Positions 1 to 21,432 of a DNA stretch of 64,000 bases are shown here, in pieces (the first letter of the stretch is position 1; every line of letters starts with the position of its first letter). A model generated the notes under the pieces. That model did not search any database and was not told where the DNA came from. It saw only the letters and a list, made by a program, of their open reading frames with translations. The DNA lies in NCBI RefSeq assembly GCF_009914755.1, contig NC_060941.1; one strand, 5' to 3'. The position numbers and the translations under genes were made by a program. The DNA comes from the human T2T-CHM13v2.0 reference genome, Homo sapiens.

Positions 1-260
1 ACAAAAAGAAGTCAAAATAGATCTAAATCAAGAAATATGCTGTGTTAATAGATCAGAAGGCACAATATTAGGATAACAGTTGTCCCCAAATTAATTTATT
101 ACACTCAATACAGTTCCCTCAAAATCCTAAACAAGAATGGCTAAAATAATGTTGAAAAAGGCAGGAAAAGGCTCATTTTACCTGATTTCAAGATTTTCTG
201 TGAAGTTACAGTAACCAAGAATGTGGTATTAGTGAATGTATAGACACAGAAATTGAATTA

Positions 261-901
<641 letters not shown>

Positions 902-1397
902 CTACACAAATAGCCAATTGATCCTTGGCAAGTTGACAATGTTACTTCAATGGAGAAAAAACAGTGTCTTCAAGAAGTCTTTCTGGAACAATTGGACATC
1001 TTATGCAAATAAGTTAACCTTGTCCATGTTTTGTATAGGATCCTCACCTTATAACCTGTTGTATAAGGTCCTCACACCTTATACAAATATTAAAATGATG
1101 ATAGGCCTAAATGTAAAACATAAAATTATGAAACTTTTACAAGGAAAGAGAAGATCTTTGTGACCTTGGGTTAGGCAAAGAATTCTTAGCTATGACATCT
1201 CATCAAAATTAAGAACTTTCTCTGTAATAGACTCTATTGGCATTTTCAATAAATATCATGGTGAATTAAGTACAGGAAGTAGTAGTTGGATCAGTAGATA
1301 AATTGGAGCGTAGAATTAAAGCTTGAAGAAATTGCAAAAGAGGGAGTTTCATGGGGGGTATGTCATTTTCACATTCTTTGTTTTGAAAAATGATTGT

Positions 1398-1782
<385 letters not shown>

Positions 1783-1951
1783 TTATACCTTGCTGATATA
1801 CTGATGTGTCATTAAGCTTGGTATTCACATGAAAAAGATATTTTATTTTTTTCTTTTGTAAAGTTTCTTATAGCCTTGGTAATTTTTTTCCCATTGGTAA
1901 TATTTTAAATATTGTGAATAGCTTTTTAGAATATTTCATCCACATACATAA

Positions 1952-2206
<255 letters not shown>

Positions 2207-2568
2207 TAATGTTGATGTTTGTGAGAAAATATTGCTGTCTGTGATAGAATGGGTTAGATAAATAGGGAAAAATTCCGTTTTGACCCAGTAAATACATAAG
2301 CACTAGATGAACATTTTTTTGTTTAAAAATTCAATGAATTTTGATAAAACAGTAGGGCTGTTTATCCTGCTTTTCCCAACCTGAGACCATTTCTTGCCCC
2401 AGGGAAAACTCCTGTCATTCATTTGCTGTCTCTCCAGACCTTTTACTAGGCATTTGGATTCTGTGTACATAAATATGTATGTGCATACATACACACACAT
2501 ATACATATAAACATGGACATATTCATATATACAAAAATAGTTTCATGATGAATATGGATATATGAATA

Positions 2569-2750
2569 CAGTGGAGGCTAGTGAGAACCAGTTGCGCACA
2601 TCCCTCCTTGGCACGGTATTTAGTGATATTATTTTGATTGCGTGAAATCACCCATGTTGGGACTATTTGATCATGAAAATTTGCAAACACTACAAATCAG
2701 GGCTATTTTTTTCCTCAGAGAGCTAGATTTTAAACATTTACCAGCAGATA
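2569..2750 (-). mobile_element. MER63-like hAT DNA transposon fossil
   Basis: ctacaaatcagggct...taaacatttaccagca matches my recollection of the MER63 terminus. Confidence 0.6.
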
Positions 2751-2864
2751 ATCACGTACACGTGCATGGGTACACATATGTTCATATGCATGATTTACTG
2801 AGCGCTTGTATCAGGTGCCACGCTAAGTGCTTCACATATATTTAATATTCTTATTTAATTTTTA

Positions 2865-3193
2865 ATTTTTATTTATTTTTATTATTTTTTTTGAGTTGGA
2901 GTCTCGCTCTGTTGCCCAGGCTAGAGTGCAGTGGCGCTGCGATCTTTGGCTCACTGCAACCTCTGCCTCCCGGGTTCGAGCAATTTTCCTGCCTCAGCCT
3001 CCCAACCAGCTGAGATTACAGGCACCCACCACCATGCCTGGCTAATTTTTGCATTTTTAGTAGAGACGGTGTTTCACCATATTGGCCAGGCTGATCTCTT
3101 GACCAAGCTGGTCTCAAACTCCTGGCCTCGTGATCCACCCACTTCAGCCTCCCAAAGTGCTGGGATTATAGGCATGAGCCACCGCGCCTGGCC
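2865..3193 (-). mobile_element. AluS
   Basis: Antisense Alu dimer. The sequence cacatatatttaatattctta is repeated on both sides (TSD). Confidence 0.92.
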
Positions 3194-3613
3194 CACATAT
3201 ATTTAATATTCTTAATATCACATGGTAGATATTGTGTATTGTCTTAATCGCTTAAAATCTCAAACACCTTTTGTTTCATACCTTATATGCACTTGCCAAT
3301 ATAACACTGTATATATGTTATTCTACAAGATAGCCATTTGACCCTACTCTATTTATTGACTAGCCTATCATTTTCCAACAGTCTAAAGTGATGTTTCTCT
3401 TGAATTCCCACCAAAATAAATGACTATAATGGATTGAAATGTCTTAAATTTAGAGAACTTAAACGCTAATAGTTTATAAGAATATGTTTGAAAAAGTATT
3501 AGGCATTACTCTAGGTTGCTTATTTACTAACTCACTCTGAAAACTGATAAACCAAAAATATACAGTGTTTACCCCACTTTTCTTGTTATCAATTTAATAA
3601 GACAATCAAGTAG

Positions 3614-3944
<331 letters not shown>

Positions 3945-4014
3945 TCACGGAAATATTCTAACATAAAACTGGCTTAAGTAAAATTTTAAAAATTATTTCT
4001 AAGGTTTCTTATAC

Positions 4015-5610
<1,596 letters not shown>

Positions 5611-6520
5611 AAAACAACACCCTTCACCAACTTTTTTACTTACTTTAGCTTTATGACTTGATTTATTGTTCGTTTTCAAAAGCTTTCCCAGCTGTTGTGT
5701 TTTAGAGTGACCTTCTTGCGTTGCATAGTGAATCCCGTGGAGATTTTTATTTAAATTGCATTGAAATTACATTTTAATACAGTTAGAACTGACATCTTTA
5801 TGTTGTAGAAGTTTTGCAACTAGGAATTTTAACATTTTAAAATTTGTCATTGCTGTGGTATGGCAAAGCTATTGATAATTTTGTATTGAATTTGTGTATG
5901 CCTGCTTTGCTAGATTCTCTTGTAAGATTAAGTAGTTTTTCAGTAAATTTTCTTGGAATTTCTAAGTGGAATACATTTTCTGAAAATTATTATCTTTTTT
6001 GTTTTTATTTTTCTCTTATTATATTGTCTAGGAATTCTAAAATATTATGCAACTGTAGTAGTGATAGCTATACTCTTTGCTTTTTGAATAATATCTTTTA
6101 TTTTGACTTCATTGTTTTGCCCTATTTCTTGCATGTTTTTCATGATATAAGTAATACATAATAACATTTTGGAGGTAAATTTTAGACAATCTTGAACTAC
6201 ATGGAACAAAAACATCAAAGTTACCTGACCCATTAACCTCTGCACCCAGAGCTGCTTTGCTTGTCAATTTGTTGTGCATTCTTAAGATCCCCAAACATGT
6301 TTATTGTAGATGAAATTGTTCTTAACAGTGCAGTGGTATTATATCTTTTTCAATTATTATCCTAGCACTGGAGATCTGAGGATTAAAAAAATGATTTTAC
6401 TTAACCTTACTAATTTGAGTTCTGACATTTAAAGATCAATAGTTCTTAAAAGCTATGTATCTTTATTTCTAATTAATATCTAGGGGAAAATCCAATTTAC
6501 TGATTGATAGGGTCTTGGCA

Positions 6521-6524
<4 letters not shown>

Positions 6525-6553
<29 letters not shown>

Positions 6554-6840
6554 TTTCTTTGGAGACGGAGTCTCTATCGCTCAGGCTGGAGTGCAATGGC
6601 ACAATCGCGGCTCACTGCAGCCTCTGTCCTCCCGGGTTCAAACAGTTCTCCTGCCTCAGCACCCCTGAGTAGCTGGGACTATAGGCACCCGCCACCACAC
6701 CTAGCTAATTTTTGTATTTTTAGTAGAGACAGGGTTTCACCATGTTGGCCAGGCTGGTCTTGAATTCCTGACCTCAGGTGATGCACCCGCCTCAGCCTCC
6801 CAAAGTGTTGGGATTACAGGCATGAGCCACTGCACTTGGC
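6525..6840 (-). mobile_element. AluS
   Basis: Antisense Alu with TSD gggtcttggcattttc. Confidence 0.92.
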
Positions 6841-7075
6841 TGGGTCTTGGCATTTTCATAGTCCAAGTTCTATTTGAATTAATTCATGAGCTTTAATTAA
6901 AATGTAAAAATCTTGAATTTTTATCCCTTACTGTATATTTTTTCCTGCTTTTTGTGTTCTTGTTGCTACAGTTTAGAAAAGACTAAAGACAGGAAATGGG
7001 TTTGCACATTTTTCTTTATCTCTGTTATTTTATTCTCAGGCTAAACTGGGAAGTCTTATCTTTTAAATTTTTTAA

Positions 7076-9152
<2,077 letters not shown>

Positions 9153-10156
9153 GGGAATCTCATTTTAGAAAATTGTGGTGAAATGCAAAAAAAAAATTCC
9201 ACCATTTTTACCATTTTAAAGCATACAGTTCAATGGTATTAATTCACACTGTTGTGCATCCATCACCATCATCTAGGTAATCTTAGCCTTTAGCATTGAA
9301 TGACTTTTCTAAGCTATCACCATTTAACATTTTACCCATACTAGTAGTTCCTTGATTAGAGAAAAACTAGAAAATGGAATTTTAGTCATTAACACAGTGT
9401 CTTTTCTTCTAATGTTCCCATCAGGCAAATTATTATTTATGTGCAAATTTTAACTCATTCATGAGTAAATATGGGAATATTTAACATCTCATACATATAA
9501 TGCCCAATTTCTTTCTTCTGGATTAAATACTTAAAATATTTTTACCTTCTTGAGGGTAATAAGGATTATTATATCTGTTTTATTCTTCACCAAAAATACA
9601 TACAATGCATACTTTTAAAGTTCCTACTGAGTTTAATGAAATTGATTTTTCTATTAAGATTTCATTTTAGAAGTATATTCATTGGATCATGATTTATATT
9701 TTTCATTCATGCAATATTCATGTTAAAAATTACCTTATTTCTTCTCTTCCTTATCTAGGTGGAATCAATTCTTCTCTTCCTTGTGTTACTCATTTTACGC
9801 CCCATTATAGTACTTATTATTTTGTATTTTGACTGGTTGTCTACTTGTTTGTCTCCACTAATACTGGGATTTCTTTTAAAAATAAATTGTACCTCATTGA
9901 TTTTTATATGCATAGGCCTTCCACTAAGGCAGATACATTTTTTTCCTTGGACCATTTGAAAGTAGATTGCCAACATGACATGATGCCCTATTACCCTCAA
10001 TGCTTGAATGTGTATTTTCTACAAATGAGAACATTCTTCTGTGTAACCATAAAAAAGTCAAATCAATAAATTTTCACCATCTAATTTTGAAAGTCCATTT
10101 TGGTTTCACTGATTGTCCCAGTAACTAGCTAAAGGATCTAGTTCAGGGAAACTGAA

Positions 10157-10452
10157 TTTTTTTTTTTTTTTTTTTGAGACAGAGTCTTGCTCTGTCTCCA
10201 GGCTGCAGTGCAGTGGCGCTATCTCAGCTCACTGCAACCTCCCGACTGCCTGGTTCAAGCGATTCTCCTGCCTCAGCCTCTGGGATTACAGGCAGACGCC
10301 ACCAAGCCCAGCTAATTTTTTTTTGTAATTTTAGTAGAGATGGGGTTTCACCATGTTGGTGGCCAGGATGGTCTGGATATCCTGACCTTGTGATCCGCCC
10401 TCCTTGGCCTCCCACAGTGCCAGGATTACAGGCATGAGCCACCGTGCCCGGC
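10157..10452 (-). mobile_element. AluS (Sc-like)
   Basis: Antisense Alu with TSD actgaattttt. Confidence 0.9.
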
Positions 10453-12499
10453 TGGAGACTGAATTTTTATATCTCTTTAATCTCCTTCATTCTGGAACAG
10501 GTCATTATTATTTCTTTGCCTTTTATGCTCTCGGCACATTTAAATATTACAAGTAATTTATTTTTGTCAAAAGTGCCTCAATTTTTTATCTGATGTTTCA
10601 TTATGATTAGATTTAGCTTACTCATCCTTGACAGGAATGTCACAGAGTAGGTGCTGGTTCTTATTGCATCCTATCAGGTTGTTACTGATTTTGATTTTGA
10701 TTTGTTATTGATGATGATCAGTTTAATCACATGACTGAGATGATGTCTGCTGGTCTTCCTCACTGTGCAGTTACTCTTTTGTACTTATAAAAATTTACAA
10801 GGTTTTTGGGGCAGTAATTTAAAACTATGTAAATATGCCATTCTGCATTGAACTTTCAATTCATTCCTTTATTTACCTATCATTTTGGTCTCATAGATTC
10901 CTATTTTATTCAATGGATTATATTTGTTCAATAATTACTTATTATAGTGCACAAAATGTCCCACATTTGGCCAGTGGGAGCCCAATAACTTGGTGTCTGT
11001 GTCCTTTTGACATATCTTCACCACTTTCTGAGCTTGTCCTTACTTTCTGGCACAACTAACTTGCTTACCCTTAAGTTTAATTATTATTTGTTTTTGTCTC
11101 TTTTGTATGGAAGTTTTAAATTTGATGAGCATTTTATCTAGAGTTAATATTTCACTGTGCTGCTGGGCACATTTTATTTCTTACCTCTTTTTCAAATCCC
11201 ATCCCATCTGTTCTAGTCACTGAGATGCTCTACCTCATCTCTGACCTTTTAGAATTTGGATATTTTAAGCACTTAACACCTATTTTTGATACCTCTTTGT
11301 ATTAAAGTTATTTGCCATTTAATTTATCTATAAGTTCAATATGGAAATAGAAATTTTGCTTAAGCTTCTTGGCATCTCTCATGCATAGAATGGAGCCTTG
11401 CATATTGTAGTGCAAATGTTTGCTAATGCCAGTGATGTTCCTACTTAACAGGTAGGAAAGTCAAATAGAAATTATTTAAATGATTATGCTCTAGAACACA
11501 CTCTGTATGGGAGACTGGGAATTTCTAAACCCCAAATACCAGGACCTCAGTGACCACAAAATTAATTTTATAAGGTTCTACAGAAAATTATTTTGAACTG
11601 ATATATAAAATTTAACACCAGTCGTGAAATCTATATGTCACATGATCTGTTTGGCCCTCTTTGAGTACTACAAAAGCATGTTTTTCTGGATTCTTCCAAG
11701 AACTCTGACGGTACTTTAATCAGGCAAGGAAAAAAATTCAGTATGTGTATCTAATTATACTGAATTAAGTTGTTTTGTGGTCTATGACTTGGGATATCCT
11801 TTGCATCTGACAGTAATTTTCCTCGTAAAGCACATATGCAGTAAGAAAAATAGTCCTTGTTTTCAACAGTAAGTATAAACCTTACACATATTTTGTTAAC
11901 ATACTTTCTCAAACAGACTCAAGTCATTTTTGTACTTAGCATGCTAATTTTGGCAAATGGCAAACTTGCTTTTGAAACAAAATCAGAAAAGTGTTAATTT
12001 TACCATTCTAGAATAATACTGTGAAATAATATAGTTAGTATCTTCAATTGTCAAGGGGAAAATCATCTAGTTATTCAGTGTTATTAACTGATAACTATTT
12101 GATGGTCATTTTAGATAAATGCAAATATTTGTTTTTAGTGTGAACATGTTCCAAATATTTCCTAGTTATGGTTTTACTAATATTCAAGTTTAACTGGGCT
12201 TTCTGTATTTATTTTTGTGAATCTAGCAACCCTGTGCATGACCCTATCTATAGTCATGTAATTCTTCAGTTTTTCTGCAAAAACGTCATTTTTATTGAGA
12301 TATAATTTACATACTATAAAATTCATTTTTAGAAGTGCAATTCAGTGGTTTTTGTTATGTTTTTACAGTTTGCATATCATCACTAGTATCTAATTTCAGG
12401 ACATTTTTGTAATCCTTAAACCACTTATCCATTAGCAGTCACTCCTCATTCCTGTTTTCCCTGCTCCCCTATATACTTGGATGCTGATTAGTAATTATA

Positions 12500-12655
12500 T
12501 AACTAAGGACAGGCTAAATACCTTCTCTAATCTTCAAGTTACTCTTCTGTAAAATGGGGCCAATACCGATTTCAGAGTTTATTGAGGAAATAACAGAAAT
12601 ACTATATGTAAAATGCTTAGCAAAGCACTGGCACAGTAAATGCCAAATACAGAGT
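12500..12655 (+). mobile_element. MIR
   Basis: Core ctgtaaaatgggg...tatgtaaaatgcttagcaaagcactggcacagtaa. Confidence 0.7.
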
Positions 12656-12664
12656 CAATATTAG

Positions 12665-14410
<1,746 letters not shown>

Positions 14411-14464
14411 GATTGTTCATATTATAAAATTCATGTTGTTCAGGATGATGTCCAGATTTACTCA

Positions 14465-15860
14465 ATGGTTTTTTTCCTGTGGTTACTACAACAAATTGCC
14501 ATGAACTTGGGAGCCTAAAATATCAAAAATTATTCTCCTACAGTTTTGGAGGGCAAAAATCTAAAATCAAAATGTAAGCAAGGCTGCACTTCCTTTGGAA
14601 ATTCTGAGGAAGAATTTGTTCTTTGCCCTTTCTAGCCTTTGATGGCCTTTAGCATTCTTTGAGTTATAGCCACATCACTCAGTCTCTGTCTCTCTGATTG
14701 TATTACATCCTCCTCATTTCTGAGTCAGCTCCTCTTCTGTATTTCTTGTAAAGATACATGTGATTGTTTTAAGTACCAACCTGGATAACCCAGGGATAAG
14801 CCCCTTCTCTTAGGATTTATAACCTAATCACTTATTTTGCCAAAGAGTAACTCTTTGATCCTTTGAGGGATGTGGACATGTCTTTTGGGGGCTATAATTC
14901 ACTTCTCTGTATTCTATCCTCTGCCTCCCAGAATTCATGTTCATGCCATATGCTAAGTATTACCTCTTTTCCCTACCAACATCCCCAAAAGTCACAACCC
15001 ATTCATTACAGCATCAACTCTAAGTCTAAATTTTTTTTAAAAATATTATCGGCTCAAAGGTCCAATCTTATCATCTCAATCATCTGACTCTGGTATGGTT
15101 GAGACTCTGGAATTTATCCTAGGGCAAAATTCCTGTGCTTCTGTGGACCTGTGAAACTACAATAAAAGTTACCTCCTGCCAAAATACAGTAGTAGGATAT
15201 GCGTAGGATAGACATTTCAAAAGGAAGAAATGGAAAAGAATAAAAGAGTCACTGGTTTCAAACATGTTTAAAATCTAGCAGGGCAAATTCCATTGTGTTT
15301 CAAGGCCAGAGTTTCCCATCTGGCTTGAGGCACTGCCCTCCTGGACTGCGGCTTCATTTTCTGGGCCTGTGGCTCTGCCCATTCCTGCCTTTGTACACAC
15401 AGCTTAGGCCTTTAAGTGCACATCTCTGCCCTTGGAGTCATTCATACATTTTATTGAAGGGTAGCACAGGTTTGCACCTAGGTAGCTCTATCAGCCTGTT
15501 TCCTGCTTGTGGAATTTTGCAAGTCCAGTAGCTGCCTTCTTCTTCTTTTTCTTTTTTTTTTTTTAATCATGCCTTTGTGCCTTTCAGTCCAAGATGGCGG
15601 TGTTTCTGCAGATACTACATTCTCAAAAACCTTGTGTATCTCCTGTGTATGTCATGGGGATCCATGCCATCAGACAAGAGGACACTCCACAGATCTTTCT
15701 TGCATTTGTCTCTCTATTCCTGGCTTCTGCTGATTGAGTGGATCCATGAAACACATGCCTGATGTCTTCAGCAGAATGTTGTCAAGCTATACTCCTGGCC
15801 TTCAGAGCACATTTTCCCAACCATGAAACTCCTCATAGTAACATCTTTTTCTCCTTGGTA
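14465..15860 (-). mobile_element. MLT1-type MaLR LTR (~14465-14910) plus adjoining internal sequence
   Basis: LTR motifs acaaattgccatgaacttgg and aatctaaaatcaaaatg; internal motifs catccccaaaagtc, acagcatcaactctaagtc and ggggcaaattcc. Confidence 0.7.
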
Positions 15861-16031
15861 GGATATTCAAATACCAGAAGATCCAAAGGAAGTATTATTG
15901 AATGGTAAAATAAGAAGCACTCTGAATGGCAGTAAGGGAGACATTTGAGGTCAGGGAGAAATTTTGAAAAACTTATATCATAAATTTTGTCATTTAGCTA
16001 TGATGGAATGATAGGAACTGGATTAAACCTC

Positions 16032-16200
16032 TGTATCCGTTAAGGTTCTACCAGAGAAACAGAATCAGTAGGGCATTACAGAGGTTTATCAGCATACATG
16101 ATTCTGGCGGCTGGCTAGGCTAGTCTGAAATCAGTAGGGCTGGCCAGAAGGAATGTCCAGGTGGAAACTGTCATGCAGGAGCTGCTGCTTCAATCTATAG
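16032..16200 (-). mobile_element. MLT2 (ERVL) LTR fragment
   Basis: ggttctaccagagaaacagaatcagtagg. Confidence 0.6.
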
Positions 16201-16546
16201 GATCACAATAGTCACATTAGCAGAATGAACCTCGAGATTACCCAGATGTAGTAAATTATAAAAATTATTTTATTTTTAAAATAAATTTTCAATTTTGGAA
16301 TCATTTTAGAGTTACAGAAAAGTTGCAAAGATAGTATAGAAAGTTTCTATACCATATCAAATTTCTCCTTTTTTATACTTAAAAAAATATACATATAAAA
16401 TTTACTATCTTTACCATTTTTAAGTGTACAGTTCAGTGGTAATAAATACATTTCTATTCCTTTTCTTCCCCTTCATTCACCCTGCCCCACACTTCCTGGC
16501 CTCTGATAACTGCCATTCTACTCTCTATCTTCATGAGGCCCACTGC

Positions 16547-16664
16547 TTTTTTTTTTTCACATCAGATGGATAATGTGCTGACATTGTAACGAGGCTTGAG
16601 GAAGGCACATCTCACACAGCAGTGTGAAAACCCACTCATCATGCTTATGAACTACAAAAGGATC
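16547..16664 (-). pseudogene. U13 snoRNA (SNORD13) processed retrocopy with poly(A) tail
   Basis: The minus strand reads GATCCTTTTGTAGTTCATAAGCATGATGAGTGGG...GTGTGAGATGTGCC...GCACATTATCCATCTGATGTG-A11. It is colinear with U13 and keeps box C-like TGATGA and box D CTGA. Confidence 0.88.
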
Positions 16665-18226
16665 AAAGATCCACTTTTGTAGTTCCCACCTAGGAGTGAG
16701 ATCATGCAACATTTCACTGTGCCTGGTTTGTTTCTCTTAACATAATGGCCTCCAGTTTCAGCTATGTTGCTGCAAATGACAGGATTTCATTCTTTTTTTT
16801 AAAGCTGAATATTTCATTGCTATATATACCATATATGCTTTATTTATTCATCTGTTGATGAACTCTTAGAGTGATTCCATATTTTGGCTATTGTGAACAG
16901 TGCTGCAATAAACATGGAAGTACAGATATCCCCTAGATGCATTGATTTTCTTTCTTTTGGCTATATACCTGGTAGCAGAATTGCTGGATCATATGGTAAT
17001 TCTGTTTTTAGTTTTCTGAGGAACCTCCATACTGTGCTCCATAGTGGCTGCACTAATTTACATTTCCACCAGCAGTGTGCAAGGGTCTCTTCTCCACATT
17101 CTCACCAGCATCTTTTATTGATTGTCCTTTTGATACAAGCCATTTTTACTAGGGTGAGATGATATCTTGTTGTGGTTTTGATTTGTGTTTCTCTGATGAC
17201 TAGTGATGTTGAGCATTTTTTTTCATATACCTATTGGCCATTTGCATGTCTTCTTTTGAGAAATGTGTGTTCAGGTCTTTTGCCCATTTTTAAATTTTCT
17301 TATTTTTTCTTTTGTTTCTAATGGGGTTGGATTTTGCCCATTTTAAAATTGGATTATTTGGGGGTTTTTGCTATTGAGTTACTTGAGCTCTTTATATATT
17401 ATAGTTATAAATTCTTTGTCAGATGGATAGTTTGCAAATATTTTCTTCCATTCTGTGGGTTGTTTCTTCACTTTGTTGATTATTTCTTTTGCTGTGTAGA
17501 AGCTTCTTAGCTTCAGGTAATCCCATTTGTCTATTTTGCTTTGGTTGTCTAGGTTTTGAGGTCTTACACAAAAAGGCTTTGCCCAGACCAATGTCCTGGA
17601 CTGTTTCTCCAAAGTTTTCTTTTAGTGGTTTCATAGTTTGAGGTCTTAGATTTACGTCTTTAATCGATTTTGATTTGATTTTTGTTATGGTGAGAGATAG
17701 AGGTCTAGTTTCATTCTTCTGCATAGCTATCCAGTTATCCCACCACCACTTATTGAAAAGACTGTTCTTTTACCTTCTTATGTTCTTGGCGTCTTTGTCA
17801 AAGACGAATTGACTGTAAATGCATGGATGTATGTTTGGTTTCTCTAGTACGTTCCGTTGGTCTGTGTATCTATTTTTATGCCGGCACCATGCTGTTTTGG
17901 TTATTATATACCTGTAGTAAATTTTGAAGTCAGAAAGTGTGATGCCTTCAGTTCCTTTGGCTCAGGATTGCTTTGGCTATTTGTGGTCTTTTGTGGCTCC
18001 ATATAAATGTTAAGATTTTTTTTTTCCTATTTCTGTAAGAATGTTGTTGGAATTTTGATAGGGATTGCATTGAATCTGTAAACTACTTTGGATAGTATTG
18101 TCGTTTTAACAGTATTCTTTGATCCATAAGCATGGAATATCTTTCCATTTTTTTGTGTCTTCTTCAATTTCTTTCATATTTCATAGTTTTCTTTTTATAG
18201 ATCTTTCACTTCTTTAGTTAGATTGA

Positions 18227-18624
<398 letters not shown>

Positions 18625-19995
18625 AAATGCTACTGGTTTTTGTATGTTCATTTTATAACTTGCAACTTTACTGAATTTGCTGATCAGCTGTAACAATTTT
18701 TTGGTGAGTTCTGTAGCCTTTTCTGGATATAAGATCATGTTGTCTGCAAACAAGGCTGATTTGAATTCTTCCTTTCCAATTTGGTTGCTCTTTATTTCTT
18801 TCTCTTGCCTAATTGCTCTGGCCAGGACTGGCAGTATTATGTTGAGTAACCGTAGTGAGAGTGGACATACTCGTCTTGTTCCAGTCTTTAGAGGAAAGGC
18901 CTTCATTTTTTCCCTGTTCCGTATGATGGTAGCTGTGGATTTGTCATATATGGTCTTTATTATTTTGAAGTATGTTGTTTCTATACCCATTTTGATTAGG
19001 GGTTTTTTTATATCATAAAGGATGTTGAATTTTATAAAATACTTTTTCAGTATCTATTGAAATATGTGGTTTTTGTTTTTGATTCTGTTAATATGATATA
19101 TCATGTTTATTGAGTTGCTTATGTTGAACCATCCTTGCATCCCTGGAATGAATCCCATTTGATATTATAAATGATCTTTTTAGTGTGTTGTTGAATTCTG
19201 TTTGCTAGTATTTTGTTGAGGATTTTCACATATATGTTCATCACGGATATTGGCCTGTAGTTTTCTTTTCTTGTTGTCGTGTCCTTATCTGATTTTACTG
19301 TCAAGGTAATGCTGGCCTTATAGAATGAGTTTGGAAGTATGTCCTCCTCTTCAATTTTTTTGAAGAGTTTGAGTACAATTGGTATTAATTCTTCTTTAAA
19401 TGTTTGGTAGAATTCAGCAGTGAAGTTGTGAAGTCCTGGGATTTTCTTGCTTTTTATGGAGGCTTTTTATTACAGCTTCAGTTTTGTTACTTGTTATTGG
19501 TTTGTTGAGGTTTTCTGTTTCTTCATGATTCAATCTTGGAGGTTGTATGTTTCCAGAAATTTATCCATTTCTTCTAGGTTTTCCAGTTTGTTGGTATATA
19601 ATTGTTCATAGTAGTCTCTAATGATTTTTTGTGTTTCTGAGGTCTCAGTTGTTATGTGTCCTTTCTTTGTTTCTGATTTTATTTATTTAGGTCTTCTCTC
19701 TTTTTTCTTAGTCTAGCTCAAGACTTGTTGATTTTGTTTACATTTTTGAAAACCAATGTTTTGTTCTATTGATCTGTATTTCTTTTTAGCTTCGATTTCA
19801 TTAGTTCCTGCTCTGATCTTTATTATTTCTGTCTTTACTATTTTTGACTTTGGTTTGTTCTTGCTTCTAGTTCCTTGAGGTATATCATTAGGTTGTTCAT
19901 TTGAAGCCTTTCATTTTTCTGATATAGGCATTTATTGCTACAAACTTGCCTGTTAGTACTGCTTTTGCTATATCCCATAGGTTTTGGTATATTGA

Positions 19996-20290
<295 letters not shown>

Positions 20291-21432
20291 TATATATTGC
20301 ATTTCCATTTTTCCATTTTCACTTGTTTCAAGACATTTTAAAATTTCTTTCTTAATTAATTTCTTCATTGACCTATTGGTCACTCAGGAGCATGTTTTTT
20401 AATTTCTATGTGTTTATATATTTTCCCCAGTTCTTCTTATTAAGTTCTAGTTTTAGTCCATTGTGGCCAGAAAAGATATTTGATATGATTTTTATTTTAA
20501 AAGTTTTGTTCAGATTTGTTTTATGACCTAAGATATGGTCTCTTCTGGAGAATGTCCCATGTGCTAGTAAAGAAAATGTATGCTGCAGCAGTTGGATAAA
20601 ATGTTCTCTAAACGTAGTTAGGCTTGTTGGATCTGGTGTGTAGTTTAACTCTGCTGTTTCATTGTTGATTTTATGTCTGAATGATTTGTCCATTACTGGA
20701 GTGGGGTCTCCTTCTTTTATTGTATTGCAGTCTATCTCTGTTTTAGATCTATTAATATTTTCTTTATAGACTTGAGATGTCCAGTGTTGGTTGAATATTT
20801 ATAATTGTTACATATGTTTACTTAATTGACCCCTTTATCATTGTATAGTGTCCTTCTCTGTCTCTCTTTATAATCTTAGATTGGTTGTCTATTTTTTCAT
20901 GTAAGTATAGCTATTCCTGCTCTGTTTTGGTTTCCAGATACGTGGAGTATCTTTTCTCACCCCTTCACTTTCAGTCTATGTGTGTCTTTATAGGTGAAGT
21001 GGATTTCTTGAAGGCAGCATGTAACTTGGTCTTGTTTCTTTATCCATTCAGCCACTCCGTGCCTTTTAGTTGGATAATCGAGACCATTTACATTCAGCCT
21101 TATTATTGATAAGTAAGAAGATACTACTGCCATTCTTTTGCTAGTTTTCTGGTTGTTTCTTTCTTAGTGCCTTCCTTTGTGGGTAAGTTATTTTCTCTGG
21201 TATTATGCTGTTAATTTGTTGCATTTCTTTTTAGTGAGTCTGTTACAGGATTTTGTGTTACAAGTTTTTGTGTTGTGGTTACCAGGAGGCTTATAGAGAC
21301 ATCTTATAATAGATATAACAAGTTATTTTAAAGAGACTACAACTTATCTTAGATCACAAATAGAAGAGTAGAAACAAAGGCAGGCATAAAGAACATGTAA
21401 AAAAAATTTATACTTTTACTCTATCACCCAAC

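Noticed and set aside
1028-1085. Short imperfect tandem duplication ttgtata.g.tcctcac...ttata
   Set aside because: It is a local slippage event in a decayed L1 with no functional indication.
9751-9765. AG|GT as a recursive splice site
   Set aside because: The reconstituted donor GTGGAA is far from GTRAG. I kept the site only as an acceptor candidate.
16547-16664. Functional intron-encoded snoRNA
   Set aside because: It is antisense to the host, poly(A)-tailed, diverged and inserted in an L1, so it is a retrocopy.
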